Shown here piece by piece: positions 43,872-57,249 of a DNA stretch of 64,000 nucleotides (position 1 is the first letter of the stretch; each line of letters begins with the position of its first letter). A program made the position numbers and the translations under genes. The notes beneath the pieces were generated by a model. That model was not told the origin of the DNA and searched no databases. It saw only the letters and a list, made by a program, of their open reading frames with translations. The DNA comes from the human T2T-CHM13v2.0 reference genome, Homo sapiens. The stretch lies in the NCBI RefSeq assembly GCF_009914755.1, contig NC_060927.1. The stretch is one strand, 5' to 3'.

Positions 43872-44307
43872 TGTAAGAGATGCTGCTGGTACCCTGCTCA
43901 CATCTGCTGAGCACTCAGCATTGTTGACTGCTGATCCCATGGTTTCCAATTGTAAATGCCTACTGCTTGTTGCTGAGAACTTTCTGTGGCTGCCAGAGAA
44001 GTGTCAGATGTTAAGAGTTCCTGGAAGTAGTGCTCAACAAATGATAGACAGGAGTTGGTGGATAAATCCCCCAGCTTCCTCATGTCCTGGAGGTGCATGC
44101 TCTACATTGCCTCTTAGAATCCAATCCCAATGGGATGGATCCACAGTTGCTCACAGCAGTCAAAAATGCACTTTATTGACATTTTTCTTTCCTGTCTTAT
44201 GTACCTACTCCCCTTCTGATGCTTCCTGGGATTACTTCCCAAAATAAACTGCTTGCTCTCTCATCCTTGTCACAGGATGTGTTTCTGGGGCAAGTTACCT
44301 TAAGATA
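43872..44307 (+). mobile_element. LTR16-family ERVL LTR
   Basis: ataaatcccccagcttcctc...cacagttgctcacagc...gcttcctgggattacttcccaaaataaactgcttgc...atccttgtcacagg. Confidence 0.75.
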
Positions 44308-44504
44308 AGTGACGCTTGTACGTTAGACACGTGGCTAACTCTGGCTATTTCAGCCAACTTATACAAATATGTTTATTTTAATATGTTCATTAGTCATAGT
44401 GGTGAAAACCTGCAAATAGCTTCTATTATCTGTTTTCAGCTAAGAGTTAAATTTAGTCAAAATTAATAAAAAACATACACATTCTAATAGCAACTATTTT
44501 GTCT

Positions 44505-44715
44505 TAACATGAACTCTGAAGATGAACAGCTGGGTTTGAATCCTTTCTAGTTGTGGTTCTTGGACAAGGTTCTTATCCTCACTATGCCTCAGTTTTCTGT
44601 CTGAGGTACAGAGTATCCATCTTAATATTTTCTAAGAGCATTAAGTGAGTTAAAATTTGTGATATGTTCACAAGAGTGACTGGCAGAAAATAACTGCTAT
44701 GTAAGTGTTGGTTAA
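44505..44715 (+). mobile_element. MIR
   Basis: ctgggtttgaatc...ttggacaaggttcttatcctcactatgcctcagttttctgtctg...ttaagtgagttaa. Confidence 0.7.
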
Positions 44716-45420
44716 ATACTTGAATAAAAAATTAGGTCTATCAATGGTAAAAGTTAAGACTATACTTTCCCAAGTAGGCCACAGACTATTTCATTAACAA
44801 ATTATTTTATTTTAATAATACATTCTCTTCCATATTAATTATACATTTTAAACCAGAGCACAATTATGTTTTAGCTTCATGAGCTGTTCATCTTTAATGA
44901 GTACTGAGTTAATTAGCCAGACCTGTCTTTTTGGGCACTGCATCTGTTCTGCAACATTCATCTCAGTATTCATTATTTTAAGACAGCAATTCTTTTTTTG
45001 AAAAATATTTGGAGAAGGAAGTGAATAATTACTCTCCTACACTACATCACTAAGTTTCAAAATGCAAATAATTGGAAAATATGCATGTGGGCATGGTTAT
45101 ACCTGAGACGTGACTCCATATTTCATTATACATAAGCAATACTTTCTTGCCTATTAAATTGATGCAGTTCATTATTTTTTCCTAAGAACTATTTTTAGTC
45201 TGCTTTTAGAATGCCTATTTGTGCCTTCCTTTTGTCCTCTGAATGTCAATCTAATTTCACTCTTGTGGAGCTGTAAATCATCCAAAGGTTTTCTTCTATT
45301 CTCAGAGGTGCCAATCCTCAGTATACAAATTAGGTCATCATTGGTTTAAAGAATTATAACTTCTCCAACAATGACCTCTCATCTTCTTTTCAGTTCTATA
45401 TTTTTAGCTATCTATCAATA

Positions 45421-45650
45421 GCAGTGGTTCCAAGTAAGCGTCCATGGACTGGCTATATCAGAACTACCTAAGAAACCCATATATATATTCACATACTCTC
45501 AAACATGTATCATATAAATATCCACATACCAATATGCACCACTGCTAGAGATTCTGATATAGCAGTTGTGGGCTGAGACTTAGGAGACAGTATTTTTTGT
45601 ATCTTGCTCAGGTAATTCTGTACCAAGAACAATCAGATTTGGGAACCCCT
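45421..45650. mobile_element. MER5A/B-like MITE
   Basis: cagtggttccaagt...tatcagaactacct...agagattctgat...caggtaattctg...tttgggaacccctg. Confidence 0.6.
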
Positions 45651-46431
45651 GGACAGTGGCTCATCCAATTGTCCACTGTCGCTTCAAATGATCCTATAGC
45701 ATTGCCAAACAAGCTGATTTTCCTCATTCATTACAACTCTTCTGAAACTTTAGGCTTGACGTCTTACAATCATATTTAATTCCACCTGCTGCTTCATTCC
45801 CACTCGCAGACATTAAACAACCCAGTCGTCTCTTCTTTCTACCTTCTCTTCCTTTCCAGCACCTCATGTTATACCTTATATTAATTATTTAGGCATATGT
45901 TGTATTTGCTACATTTGATTATGAACACCTGGACACAAGAACCTGTCTTATTCATGTCTAGATGTGCCTCCTGGCATCCAGCATAGTACCTTTCATGGAG
46001 TAGGTATTTAACAAATGTTGGATGAATATCATATCACAGTCATTTGCTCTGTATCCAATCTTCCATTACTTCCAACATGGCCCTATTTTCCAATCATAGC
46101 CTACCCGTTCTTCCTTAGTCTCCTCTCTCACTTACTGTTTATCTCAGCTGGAACATGTTTTCTTTTTCTTTCCTTAAGAAATATTATATAATTCCTTTCC
46201 AGAATTAGTTTCCCAGGCTTATTATGGAGCAATATATTAAATATTAGACTATGAAGAAGCAGGATGAGACTCTCTACTCATTGATATTTCACAAGGGTAT
46301 GAGGCTGATCATGGAGAACATGAGTATTTAGCAAGAGCCGCATGCCCTGTGATATCCTAGTCATGCAGGTCTCCCATTCTAGTTACGTGATAAATTTAGA
46401 TCTTGAAATGATTGTGGCTTATTTCAATAGT

Positions 46432-49260
46432 TACTCAACCATTCATTTGACAGATATGTATTGAGTGACTTCTGTTCCAGGCACTGGGAATAGCAGTAAA
46501 CAAAAACAGTGATCCTTGCTCTCATACGGTTTAATTTCTGGTAAGGGGTGATATAAAATAACCAAATACGTAAATATAGATTGTGTCAGATAAGTGCTGT
46601 GAAGGAAAATAAAACTGAGTAAGGAGAATAGGAAGTTGAATTCTATTACATTGAATGCCATGGAAGATCTCAACTGAGCAGAGGAATCAGGAGGCTATTA
46701 CAGTAATCAGGCAGGAAATGGTGCTGGCTTAAATCAAGGGACAAATGTGGAGATGGTGAGAAGACATAAGATTTTGGGTGTATTCTGAGGGTATAGCTAA
46801 CAGGATTTGATGATGGACACGATATAGGATGCTACAAAAGAGAGGAGTGAAAGATGACTCTAATGCCTGAGCAGCTGGAAGGATAAATTTGCCATTTACT
46901 GAGATGGGGAAATTTAGGAGAAATAGCTTGAGACGTGGGTAGGGAGGATTCAGCGGTTTGATTTTGTACACCTTCAAGTTTGTTGACTAGACAGTTAGGT
47001 ATACCAGGAACCTGTAGTTTACAGGAGGGATTGGGCTAGAGAAAAAATGGAATTTAAAATGTGAAGCGGGATAAGGTCACTTAAATAAACAAAGGTCCAA
47101 GAACTGAGTCTTACAGTATTTCAACACTAAATAGGGAGCAGCCAGCAAAATATACTGTAAAGGAATGCCCGGTGAGGTAGTAAATAATCAAGAGAAAAGG
47201 GTGTCCTGGAGCCAAGGGAAGAAAGCATTTTGAGAAAGAAGTGATTATCTGTATCAAATGCTGCTGATGGGTCAACTCAGGTGATGACTGAGAGTTTACC
47301 ATTGGATTACCAATGGGGAGGTCATTGGTAACCTGTAGGAGGGCTGTTATAGTTGAGTGGTAGAAGTCTGAATGGAGTGAGATCTGGAGATAATGTTAGG
47401 GAAGGCATTAGAGATGGAATCGATCATGCTTTGGAGGAATTTTGCTTTAAAGTGGAAGAGGTAAATGGAGTCACTGTTGAGGGTAATGGGAAGGTTTTTT
47501 TTTTTTTATTAGCGCTGTTTTAGTTTGTTTATGTACTGATAGACATGATCCAGTAGAGAGAAAAAAATGATGAAGGAGGGAAAATGATTAATTGCTAGTG
47601 GGGCATCCTTTAATAGGTGAGAGAGTTGCAGACAAATGCAGGGATGAGGCTTAGAAAAGAGCTACACTGTTCATCTTTGTAACAGAAGGGCTGGCAGAGG
47701 ACAAGGGAACAATGGGGCAGATTGGAATGAGTCAGGAGAATGCTGGCAGGAAACTGATAGCATACTCAAATGGGGTAATTGAGGAGAGGTTAATAAAGTA
47801 ATTACTTACAAGAGTAGGAAATTTGAAGAAACTAGCAAGAGCTGGAGAAGCACCTTATGTGAGCAATAGCAGGGAGCTGTCACCACTCTAGGCCTGGAGA
47901 GTCAAGTGAAAGGGCTGTTATTGGACCCCAGCATGAGCTCTAGCTGGAACTATGACTGTAGGAGAGGGCCGCAGGAGAGGACCTGGGGACTTCGGGAGAG
48001 GCAGTATAGCAATTACCAACTCACAGCTCAGAACAGACGGAGCCAGGGAAACAAAGCCCTGGATCTCACTCTCCTCCCACCCTGAGTTCTCTGACCCTCC
48101 CATTGGCTCAACTAATCAGTATCCAGAGGGCAAGAAACTGGTGCAGTCCATACAGCGCAGCCTCCCAGGGCACAGAACACAGTGGAGAAGGGCAGGGATG
48201 GATCTCAAGGGGAAAATCGAGAATGTCCAGCATAATTGTGACGGAAATGTGGGGAGGTTGTCTTCAAATTACTTCTATTTTCTCAGTGAAATAGAAAGTA
48301 CTATTCTCAACTGAGAGTAAGGATTACGAATGTATTGGAAGTTTAAGGAGAGAGAAACTGTAAAATAGTAATTGGTAGAGGAGGAGAGCAAAAGGACTAG
48401 GGAAAGAGTATCATTACTGGGCCCATTTGAAAACTTTCTTAGGCTAGTGATTATGAATGTAAAGTAAGATAAATCAGCCTGAGTTTGAAATCTTCACGAA
48501 CCATATTCATCTGTCTGGAGGAAAGCACAGTGTTTTAAAAGAGCTACATTTTGGTTGAGTTTGGCAGGAGAGTACAATAAAATGTGAAAGCACAAGAAGA
48601 AAGAGACTGTAATGACAGACCATGCACTATAAATTCATATACAGGGAAGTCTGGATACAGGGGAATTAGTAGATAAGGCTGTAAAAAACTGGGAGGACAA
48701 ATAATTTTTGGAGTCAAGAGTAGTAAAGGAGTGAGCTGAAAGACAGGAGACAATGATCAGAGACTCAGACTATGGGAAGGGGATAAACTTATTGGCAATG
48801 GCAGGGTCTATATATAGGGTACAACAGAGAGTGAGTTGTTAAAGTTAAGGAGAAGATTACTGGAGGTGAAGTGGTCAGGAAAATGAATTGAAAGGATCAG
48901 ACTCATGGACTTTGAAATTGCCCGAAATAATGACAATAATAGAGATGAACAACAATGGTCCAGAAGTTGGAATCCTCAAGGAATGTGGGGATGGTCTGGT
49001 AGTCTGTAGATGACTGCTATAAAGAGGAGTAGTGGGAAGCACAGATTGATGCGTGAACTTCAGAGTTGGAGGGGGTAGTTGGGAGAAGGGAGGGATCATG
49101 ACTTGGAAAGAATACCGAGATGCAAGGAAGACTTCCATTCATCCGTCAGTCTCAGTGGCATGAGGAATGTGAGGAAAGAAACAGACACCACCTGGTGGAA
49201 CTTCAGGGAAATCAACCTCTCAGGTGAGAGCCAGAGCTCACTGAGAGCAGGAAAACAAAG
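46432..49260 (-). mobile_element. Long L2 LINE fragment interrupted by LTR33
   Basis: Reverse complement of L2 3' end (cattcatttgacagatatgtattgagtgacttctgttccaggcactggg), then L2 body phrases gaggctattacagtaatcaggcagg, gccatttactgagatgggga, tcaaatgctgctgatgggtca, ggaggtcattggtaacct. Confidence 0.8.
47728..48234 (-). mobile_element. LTR33 ERVL LTR nested in L2
   Basis: caggaaactgatagcatactcaaatgggg...ctcactctcctcccaccct...cccattggctcaac...ccagagggcaag...gggcacagaacacagtggagaagggcagggatggatct...gtccagca. Confidence 0.75.
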
Positions 49261-49279
49261 GAAGAAAAAAAAAAAGATA

Positions 49280-49515
49280 CTAAGCACTTACTGTGTGTCA
49301 GGAACTCTTCAACGATGTTCTATATATTCATTTAATCCTTAAAACAGTCTCTCCAAGGAAGGTATTATTTTAACTCCATGTGATAGATGGGGAAATTAGA
49401 GCATAAAGAGGTTAAGTACCTTGCTTATGATCCTGTGAGAAGTGAGGGGAAGAGCTGGGAATTCAACTCAGATGGTCCATCTTGAATCTCAATGTACGTA
49501 ATAACCACTGTGTTT
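49280..49515 (-). mobile_element. MIR
   Basis: agcacttactgtgtgtcagg...tcatttaatcct...gatggggaaattagagcataaagaggttaagtaccttgc...gagctgggaattcaactcag. Confidence 0.75.
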
Positions 49516-51249
49516 TAAAACCCAGCCACAGGCATTTGAAGAAGGGGCTTTCGTTGGTGCTTCACCATGAGTTCCAGAGAGTACAGTGGAAGGATTTGGG
49601 ACTTGGAGAAAGGTGGATGGGTCAGAATAGGGATTGTACAGAGCCATACGGGATGTAGGATAAACTGAGATTTGGATGTTCATAATTTTGAAAGCATATG
49701 AAATTAATGCTGATGGTGTCTAGGAAAGGTAGGTATGGTGAGGCTGTGTTGGGGTAATGGTGCCGAGGACAGGAGAGTCCCTGTCAAGAGCACAAGCTCA
49801 ATGTCTCCCTCATCGCTTGTGCTGGTGGAGGCTAAGGCTGGTGAGAGACAGTTTTACTTGGAGTATAAGGAGATTTGGGGCCTCCTCTTCACTCAACCCA
49901 CTGCCTTTTTTTTTTTTTTTTTTTTTTAACAATTACTGCTGACATCCAGGAAGTTTATTATTAATGAATAATTTAATATTAAAATATGTTAATTTTAAAT
50001 GTAAATGAACATATTTATATGTGTGAAAACATGTTCATATGTGAAAATATTTAAATAATGAACAATTTAAAAATTATCCCAACTTTTCATTTGGCACATC
50101 GCTTTGAAATATAAATTTTCTCATCAATTTATTAAAGGGATCCTATTACCTTTACAAAATGAGAACTCTTACAAATCTCCTTACATCTATTTATGCTTTA
50201 TAGTTTATAAAACATCTGTGCACACACTATTTTATTTATGCACTTTACCAAGTACCAGTGTTCAGCTCTGTTTCTGGAATATTTTTGGCATGAAAAGTTC
50301 ACTTATGTAGAGGGTGGACAAATGAAATATTGAGTTTGATGAAGGGCAGGGAGTGAAAATGTGAGACGTGGAAATACTCAAAATTTTCATTAAACATTTT
50401 TTCTCCTTAGTTTTTAAAAATGAAAACATTTTTATCATATTCTTCAAAGGGTAGAACAGAGAAAAATTAGCATAAAACTCTTGGCAGAAACTTTTCAATG
50501 AGCATTTATTACAGGAATCGACTGCATTTTAAGTGGAATGACTTAGACACTCAGCTTTGCACTTGGAAAAGCATATGGTAATAATAAGAGAAAGCATTTG
50601 AAGTGTCCAATCTGGTCAAACTGCATTTTCACTCTTATTGATGAATCGGCAAGAGAATAGTTTTATACATCAAAGTTATTTATTAAATTTTGAGCCATTT
50701 GTGCAATAGGTATTTGCTGTTAATAGAAACCATCAGCATGTTGGAGATGACTTTCAGAGTGATTTTTCTTTTGTTAAAAAGAACAGCAGGACAAAAACTA
50801 GCTAGAGAAAAAGGTAATGGTTTTTTTCTTGCATAAATAAATCACTTGCTTCTTACCCACTCACAGTGGTTTCTTCCAAGTGAAGAAATTCTACTGATGT
50901 GAGATTTCATACCTCTTTCTGCTTTTTTCTTTCTTTTTAACTCACTAGTGATTTGCTTGAGTGGTAAAATTGGAAGTAATAACTGGCATGCCTAGTTCAG
51001 CTCTGTGCTTCTTGCTTAACATGGTCTAGTACCACATGGTCTGGATACATGACCACACTTAATTCTGGGATGCAGATAGCAGGGATTTTTGGCTTTCATG
51101 CTAAGTTATATACTGTAAGCCTTAAAAAGAAAAGATAATATTTTGGTTCCCTCTGCCACTTCGTTGCTTTATTCCTAAAATTGTTCAAAAGCTGAGACAT
51201 AATAGTGTTATGGTGATTAAATTATATAATAAACTGGAAGCTTTCTCAG

Positions 51250-51500
51250 GCCTTCAGAACTGGTTTAGATGCTTCTCTTATGTGCCTGCAAAACTCCTTG
51301 TACTCCTCCCTTTCCTGGTGCACTTTATAACTCTTAAAACACTTTATTATTGGTTTAATGCCTCTTTCTTTGCTACAATATAAAGTCTGTGGTAATGACC
51401 AAGTCTGTCTTGTTCATCTTGGTATTGCTAGAACCTGACATGGTGTCTGACAAATAGTAGACATCCAATTTGTGGAATAAATAAATGGATAAATCAATGA
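51250..51500 (+). mobile_element. L2 3' end
   Basis: gtctgtcttgttcatc...agaacctgacatggtgtctgacaaatagtagac...tgtggaataaataaatgga. Confidence 0.65.
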
Positions 51501-52276
51501 GTGAGCCACTGCTTGAGAAAAGATGAAGTTCCTAATTTAGGTAGTAAATGAGAAAAACAGAAAAAATTTTAAACTCTTCACTCAAAAAATGAAAATAGTA
51601 ACAATAGTAGATGCTATCGTTTTATACTTTAGTTTTCAGTATATTTAATTATAACCATTAAAATATATATCTTCTTCAATGAGTCATGGTTGAACAGCTC
51701 TAGAAAACTATGGTTAACCTGGAAAACATCATGCTTTTTATAAGGATCTGCATTTCACTGATGTCTACCCATCATCCTAGTGTCTTATCAGCTCAGCCTC
51801 CAGGCAGTGATCATTTCTATCCTCTAGCATTTCATTCATGAAAATACAGATATGAAAGCCTATAGTTTATAAAACGCTTGATGCAACTGATTGCTTGCTA
51901 ACAATAACATTAAAGCCTATTTTAACAAGGCTTTTAAGGATGAATAGATACAGCTGTTTTAGAAAAGTTTTAGAAAGGTTTAGCTGTTTCTACGTGAAGA
52001 GAACTGGGGGATAATGAAAAAGTAAGTAATAGTGGTTATTATTTTGAAAGAAAATAATAGAATCTATTTTTACTTGGATTGATACTCTGAAATAAACATT
52101 GAAATGAACACTGAAATAAACTCTGAAGTGAACATTAGATTGAGACTGCAATAAAGCTTGCAGGATTGTAATCCTCATTCTAGGACCATTTCTACATAAA
52201 CCTTATAAAGCAAGAGTAGAAAAAAGGCCTATCTTGATTTGCAGTTAACTATTTCTTTCAATAAGTGAAATGCTAT

Positions 52277-52751
52277 GCTGTTCAGGTTATCTATTGTATA
52301 ATAATAAATTCTCAAAGATCTGGAGGTGCAAGTGTTTAGATAGGTGATTCTTGCTTAAGGTCTTTCATGTTGTTGCAGCCAAATGGTGGCTAAGGTAAGA
52401 GTCCCAAGTTCGGTGCCTGGGCTGGGATGGCTGAAATAGCTGGTTAGCTGTCTTTTTCTCTCCTTGTGGACTATCCATGTGGCCAGTAGAAGCTTTCTCA
52501 CTGCATGGCGGTCTCAGGCATCTGGAACACTTTCATATGGCATCTGCCAGAGAGTGTTCCAACAGAAAGGAGGTGGAAACTGCCAGTCTCTAATGGCCTG
52601 GACCCAGGCACTAGAACAATGCCACTTCTGCCATATTCTCTTGGTGGAGTAGTCATAGAGCTCTCCCATTTTCAAGGGGAGAGAACATAGGCCTGACATC
52701 TTGATGGAAAGAATGTCACAAAATGTGTGGCTTTCCTTCATTTGCAACACA
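52277..52751 (-). mobile_element. MLT1 MaLR LTR
   Basis: caggttatctattg...gggctgggatggctg...catggcggtctcagg...ccacttctgccatattct...tcttgatggaaagaatgtcaca. Confidence 0.75.
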
Positions 52752-52764
52752 TGCTAATGCCTCC

Positions 52765-53124
52765 TGATATTTCTTGGCTCTGCGTCCCCATCCAAATGTC
52801 ATCTGGAATTGTAATCCCTGTATGTTGAAGGAGGGAACTGGTGGGAGGTGATTGGATCATGGGGGTGGTTTTCTCTATACTGTTCTCTTGATAGTGAGGA
52901 GTTCTCACCATATCTGATGGTTTTAAAAGTGACATTTTTTTTTCTTGCACTCTCACTTCCCTCCTGCCACTCTGTGAAGAAGGTGCCTACTTTCCCTTTG
53001 CCTTCTCCATGATTGTAAGCTTCCTGAGCCCTCCCAAGCCATGCGGAACTGAATCAATTAAACCTCTTTTCTTTATAAATTACTCAGGTATTTCTTCATA
53101 GCAGTGTGAGAATGAACCAGTATA
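52765..53124 (+). mobile_element. MSTA/THE1-type MaLR solo LTR
   Basis: tgatat...ggctctgcgtccccatccaaat...gggaggtgattggatcatggggg...ccatgattgtaagcttcctgag...attaaacctctttt; perfect 5-bp TSD cctcc (52760-52764 / 53125-53129). Confidence 0.9.
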
Positions 53125-53789
53125 CCTCCTCAGCTGAAAGTTGTTCTCACTAGCATCACTGGGTTGTAGTAGAGTAAATGGAAGGTGCTAGCATAAAATT
53201 CTTTCTTAAAAAATTTGAACTCAAGATATCAAGGAACACTAAATTTGAAATATTTGCCTATATTATATGTACACTGTTCATTGATTCTTGTAGATCATTT
53301 AAAATTGTAACTTCAAAAGGTAAGAAAAAAATCAAAGGTGGAATAGATGAGATCTAATTTTCTTTCTATCAGTTTATGAAATTAATATGTATCTTAAGGC
53401 TATTTACAGTTGGCAGAGTGATTGCAGCTAATGTTTTAGATGATTTATTTTCCCCATTAGGTCTTACTATTATGCACAAGCAAACCGTTTTGGTACCCTC
53501 AATGTTTTTCTTTTTTTTTTTTTGTCTCTAGAGGAAGTAAACTTACATATAAAATTCATTCCTCTCTCAATTACAGATGTTTAGACAATTAAAGGAGGGA
53601 TTTGCAAAGCTCAGAGCAAAATTAATTTTGACCTTGGGAGAAAATGTTGAAATGAACTTGTTCTTTTTTTATCTTCCCATTTAAAACCCAAGAAACCAAT
53701 ATTTAGTGTACGTTTTCCCCTATCGGCATAACCTGGATTCCATAGCTGTGCAAAATCTCAACTTTTCTGGGTGACATAATTGTCAGTGA

Positions 53790-54139
<350 letters not shown>

Positions 54140-54154
54140 AGAAACATTACTTTC

Positions 54155-54410
54155 ATAATAGCTAATATTTGCGGAGCACAAACTGTGTGCCAGGTTCAAG
54201 GCTAAGTGTTTATCTTTGTATTATCTCAAATATTTCTTTCAACAGCTCTACAAGGTAAGTACTCATATTATGCCCATTTTCCATGTGAGGAAATGGAGGT
54301 GCTCAGAGGTTACGTCACTTGCCCAAGTTTACGTAACTAGTAGTTGCTGGTCTGGAAAGTCATACCTAAGCATGTCTAATTCTGGAGACTCAGTTCTTAA
54401 TCACCTTATT
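54155..54410 (-). mobile_element. MIR
   Basis: atagctaatatttgcggagcacaaactgtgtgccagg...cccattttccatgtgaggaaatggaggtgctcagaggttacgtcacttgcccaag. Confidence 0.8.
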
Positions 54411-55039
54411 ATACACACTCCAAGCACACGTTCAGTGACCCCAAGATCAGTGGATCACACACATTTTTAACTGTGGCTCTTATAGGCTGAGGATGAATTA
54501 TAATGGTACAATTATTAGACTTACTTTCCAGTTGAAAAAGGCCTTATAATAAAGAGCTGAAGAGAAACAAAAATTGAAAAATGGTTATTTATTTGATCAC
54601 CTTATAAACTGAAATGTAGCTTAGTAATTTTAGCACATTAACCTTGATAATGTGTTAAATAACACACATTCATAGCATAGCACTAGTAAAATATGTACTG
54701 TCACAGAAACAAAATGGTGAGCCAACTATATTCTTTCTAAAAGGGACTAGTATTTTGGAAGCCAAAAATAAGAAAATATTCTGAGGAAGAGGGGAGTCTG
54801 TGTCAAATGCTTCTGATAGATTGAGTATGGTGAGGACTGAGAATTGACCATTGGATTTAGCAACTTAGGAAAACTCAAGTACTGCATATACTCATGTTTA
54901 GTAGGAGATTTGTAATGTTGCACAGTAGATAGCTAGTTTATTAGACTACTGCATAAGAATCCTCAGTAAATTTTAGTAAAGTACTAATTTTAGTTACAAA
55001 TGCCAAATTTTGATAACGCTCCATGGCTCAGGTAGAGTC

Positions 55040-55270
55040 AGGTTAGCACAGAGTTCTGTAGCCAGAATGCCTGCACTGGTTGCATTTGTTACTGATTAGG
55101 TGATCTTGGGCAATATATTGTACCTCTGTGTTCCTCTGATTTGCCATCTGTAAATAGGGATGACAAAGTACTTATCCCTGGGTTTGGTGTGAAGAATAAA
55201 TGAGTTAATGCATGCAAAGTACTTATTAGAGTGCCTAGCAATAATAAGCAATACATGCTGGCTATTATTT
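55040..55270 (+). mobile_element. MIR
   Basis: gtgatcttgggcaa...cctctgtg...catctgtaaatagggatg...aaatgagttaatgcatgcaaagtactt. Confidence 0.8.
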
Positions 55271-56715
55271 CTATTATTAACATATTGCTAAAATATGATA
55301 AAAAATAAGTCTGTGGAATTGTGTATCACTCACTTCTAGGAACCAAAGAACTTGCAGTTGTAAATCATTTGGTGGTCTCTCAGGGGAACACTTGTAGCTC
55401 ACTGATGGGGTGTAGAGCACACTCTGAGGCTCTTTGGTTCAAGTGAATAAATTGGGGGTTTTATAAGAGTTGACTCTTGTTTGGGGTTTGAAATGGAAAG
55501 AGAAGGAACTGAAATTGTTTTCTTAAAAATTGACCATTTTTTCTCTTTTCCTCTTTCCACTGGCTTTCCACTGTTATTTTTGGACTCTTGGGAGAGAATG
55601 GTCAAAAGCAGAAACTAGAGAAAGGTAAAAGCCAATGAATAAGAAGGAAAAAGTAGGAAGGAAATGCAGAGGGAACATTTTGAAGATATTCACCTCTGTT
55701 TGTGAACAAGAAGAATAAAAAATATCACGTTTGGTTTGACTCTTTCATTGGCAAAGAGTAAAAGGGTACAGGGTAGTGGTAGTAATTGAATAAAAATATT
55801 TTTATCTTTTTTTTCATATGTTTGTTGGCCTCATAAATATCTTCTTTTGAAAAGCGTCTGTTCATATCTTTATAAATTTAGGTGTGGGCATGCGTAGATG
55901 TTTGAGGTCAGAGAATTTCCCATTGAGTGGAAATAACATGTAACTCATGCAAACATCTATGACCTCCAATTTTGGGGTATATATTTGTTTTTCCTCCCAA
56001 TCTCCATCCAGAGATGGTGTGCCCAATTAAGGCCTGAAGTCGTAATAACATACAGCTTCCAGTATTCATAAAATCAGTCTTTTATCTTTGAAGGCGGAAA
56101 TGGGGAAACTATTAGCAGAAAATTCATCTTTTCCACCTTTTCTTCTCTCAGCTGACATAATGGCTTATACAGCCAATAAATGTTCAATGGATAGATTAAT
56201 ATGAAAAAATAAATGGCAAGCATATTAGATATGAAATGATTCGGCAGCAACTCATTCATTGCCACGATTTGATTAAGCTAATGTAGCTTGTTAAGATTTT
56301 GTATGTGTGTAAGGTGGCTATGCATATTCTAGACTACAAAATCAATGTCTGCAGAAAGTGTAGCTTTCTAAATGTTTCCATAACTCAATATAATATCTTT
56401 TTTTTTTGGAATATCTATTCTGGTGATGGCAGAAAAATAACAATCTTAATAAATTTTGTAAACACTAATGTATAAGATACTCTCCTGCCCCAAATCACAT
56501 CACCTTTATCTCACTTCTTATTTAAACCTTAGCTGTGTACATAATTCCATAAGGACGTTGATTTACTTCCAACTGTCATCAGTGAGATGTCTATGTGCTA
56601 AGTCTTTACTTTTTTGCCCAGGGGTCCCTCTAAATTCACAAACATTGGCTGGTACTCACTTGGCCTATATTGCACAGATAGCTTAGAAGTACAGAAGGAT
56701 TAACATCTCTGATAA

Positions 56716-57230
56716 TATGATGGTTAGTTTTATATGTCAACTTGACTGGGCTGTGGGTGCCCAGATATTTCATCAAATGTTATTCCAAGTGTTTCTGAGA
56801 GGGTACTTGGGGATGAGATTAACATTTAAATTAGTAGGAGGCAAGCAGATTGCCTTTCTAATGTGGGCAGGCCTTATTTAATTAGTTGAAGGTTTAAATA
56901 GAACAAAAAGCCTAACCCTCCTCTGAGAATCCAGAAAGAAGAGATAATTCTTCCTGCCTAATGTCCTTTGAACTGGTAGATTGAATTTTTCTGTGTTTGG
57001 TTGTTAATTAACACATCAGCTCTTCCTGGGTCTTGAGCATGCTGGCCTTCAGACTGGAACTACCGCATGATTCTTCTCATTCTCAGGCCTCTGGGCTTGG
57101 ACTGGAGCCACACTATGGGCTCTCCTGTGTTTTCAGCTTGCTAGCTCACCTTGAAGATCTTGGGACTCACCACCCTCCATAGTCATGTGAGCCAATTCCC
57201 TATAGTAAATCTCTCTCTCTATATATACAC
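56716..57230 (+). mobile_element. MLT2 (ERVL) LTR
   Basis: tgatggttagttttatatgtcaacttgactgggct...gatgagattaacatttaaat...catgtgagccaattcc...aaatctctctctctatata. Confidence 0.88.
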
Positions 57231-57249
57231 CCTCATCCCATAACATGGG

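Noticed and set aside
43825-44247. 140-aa plus ORF
   Set aside because: Lies almost wholly within an LTR16; no protein family resemblance.
52085-52144. Short periodic repeats here, at 80-128 and at 11315-11356 considered as CRISPR-like arrays
   Set aside because: Primate DNA, repeats too short or lacking unique 25-45 bp spacers, and no cas-like ORFs.
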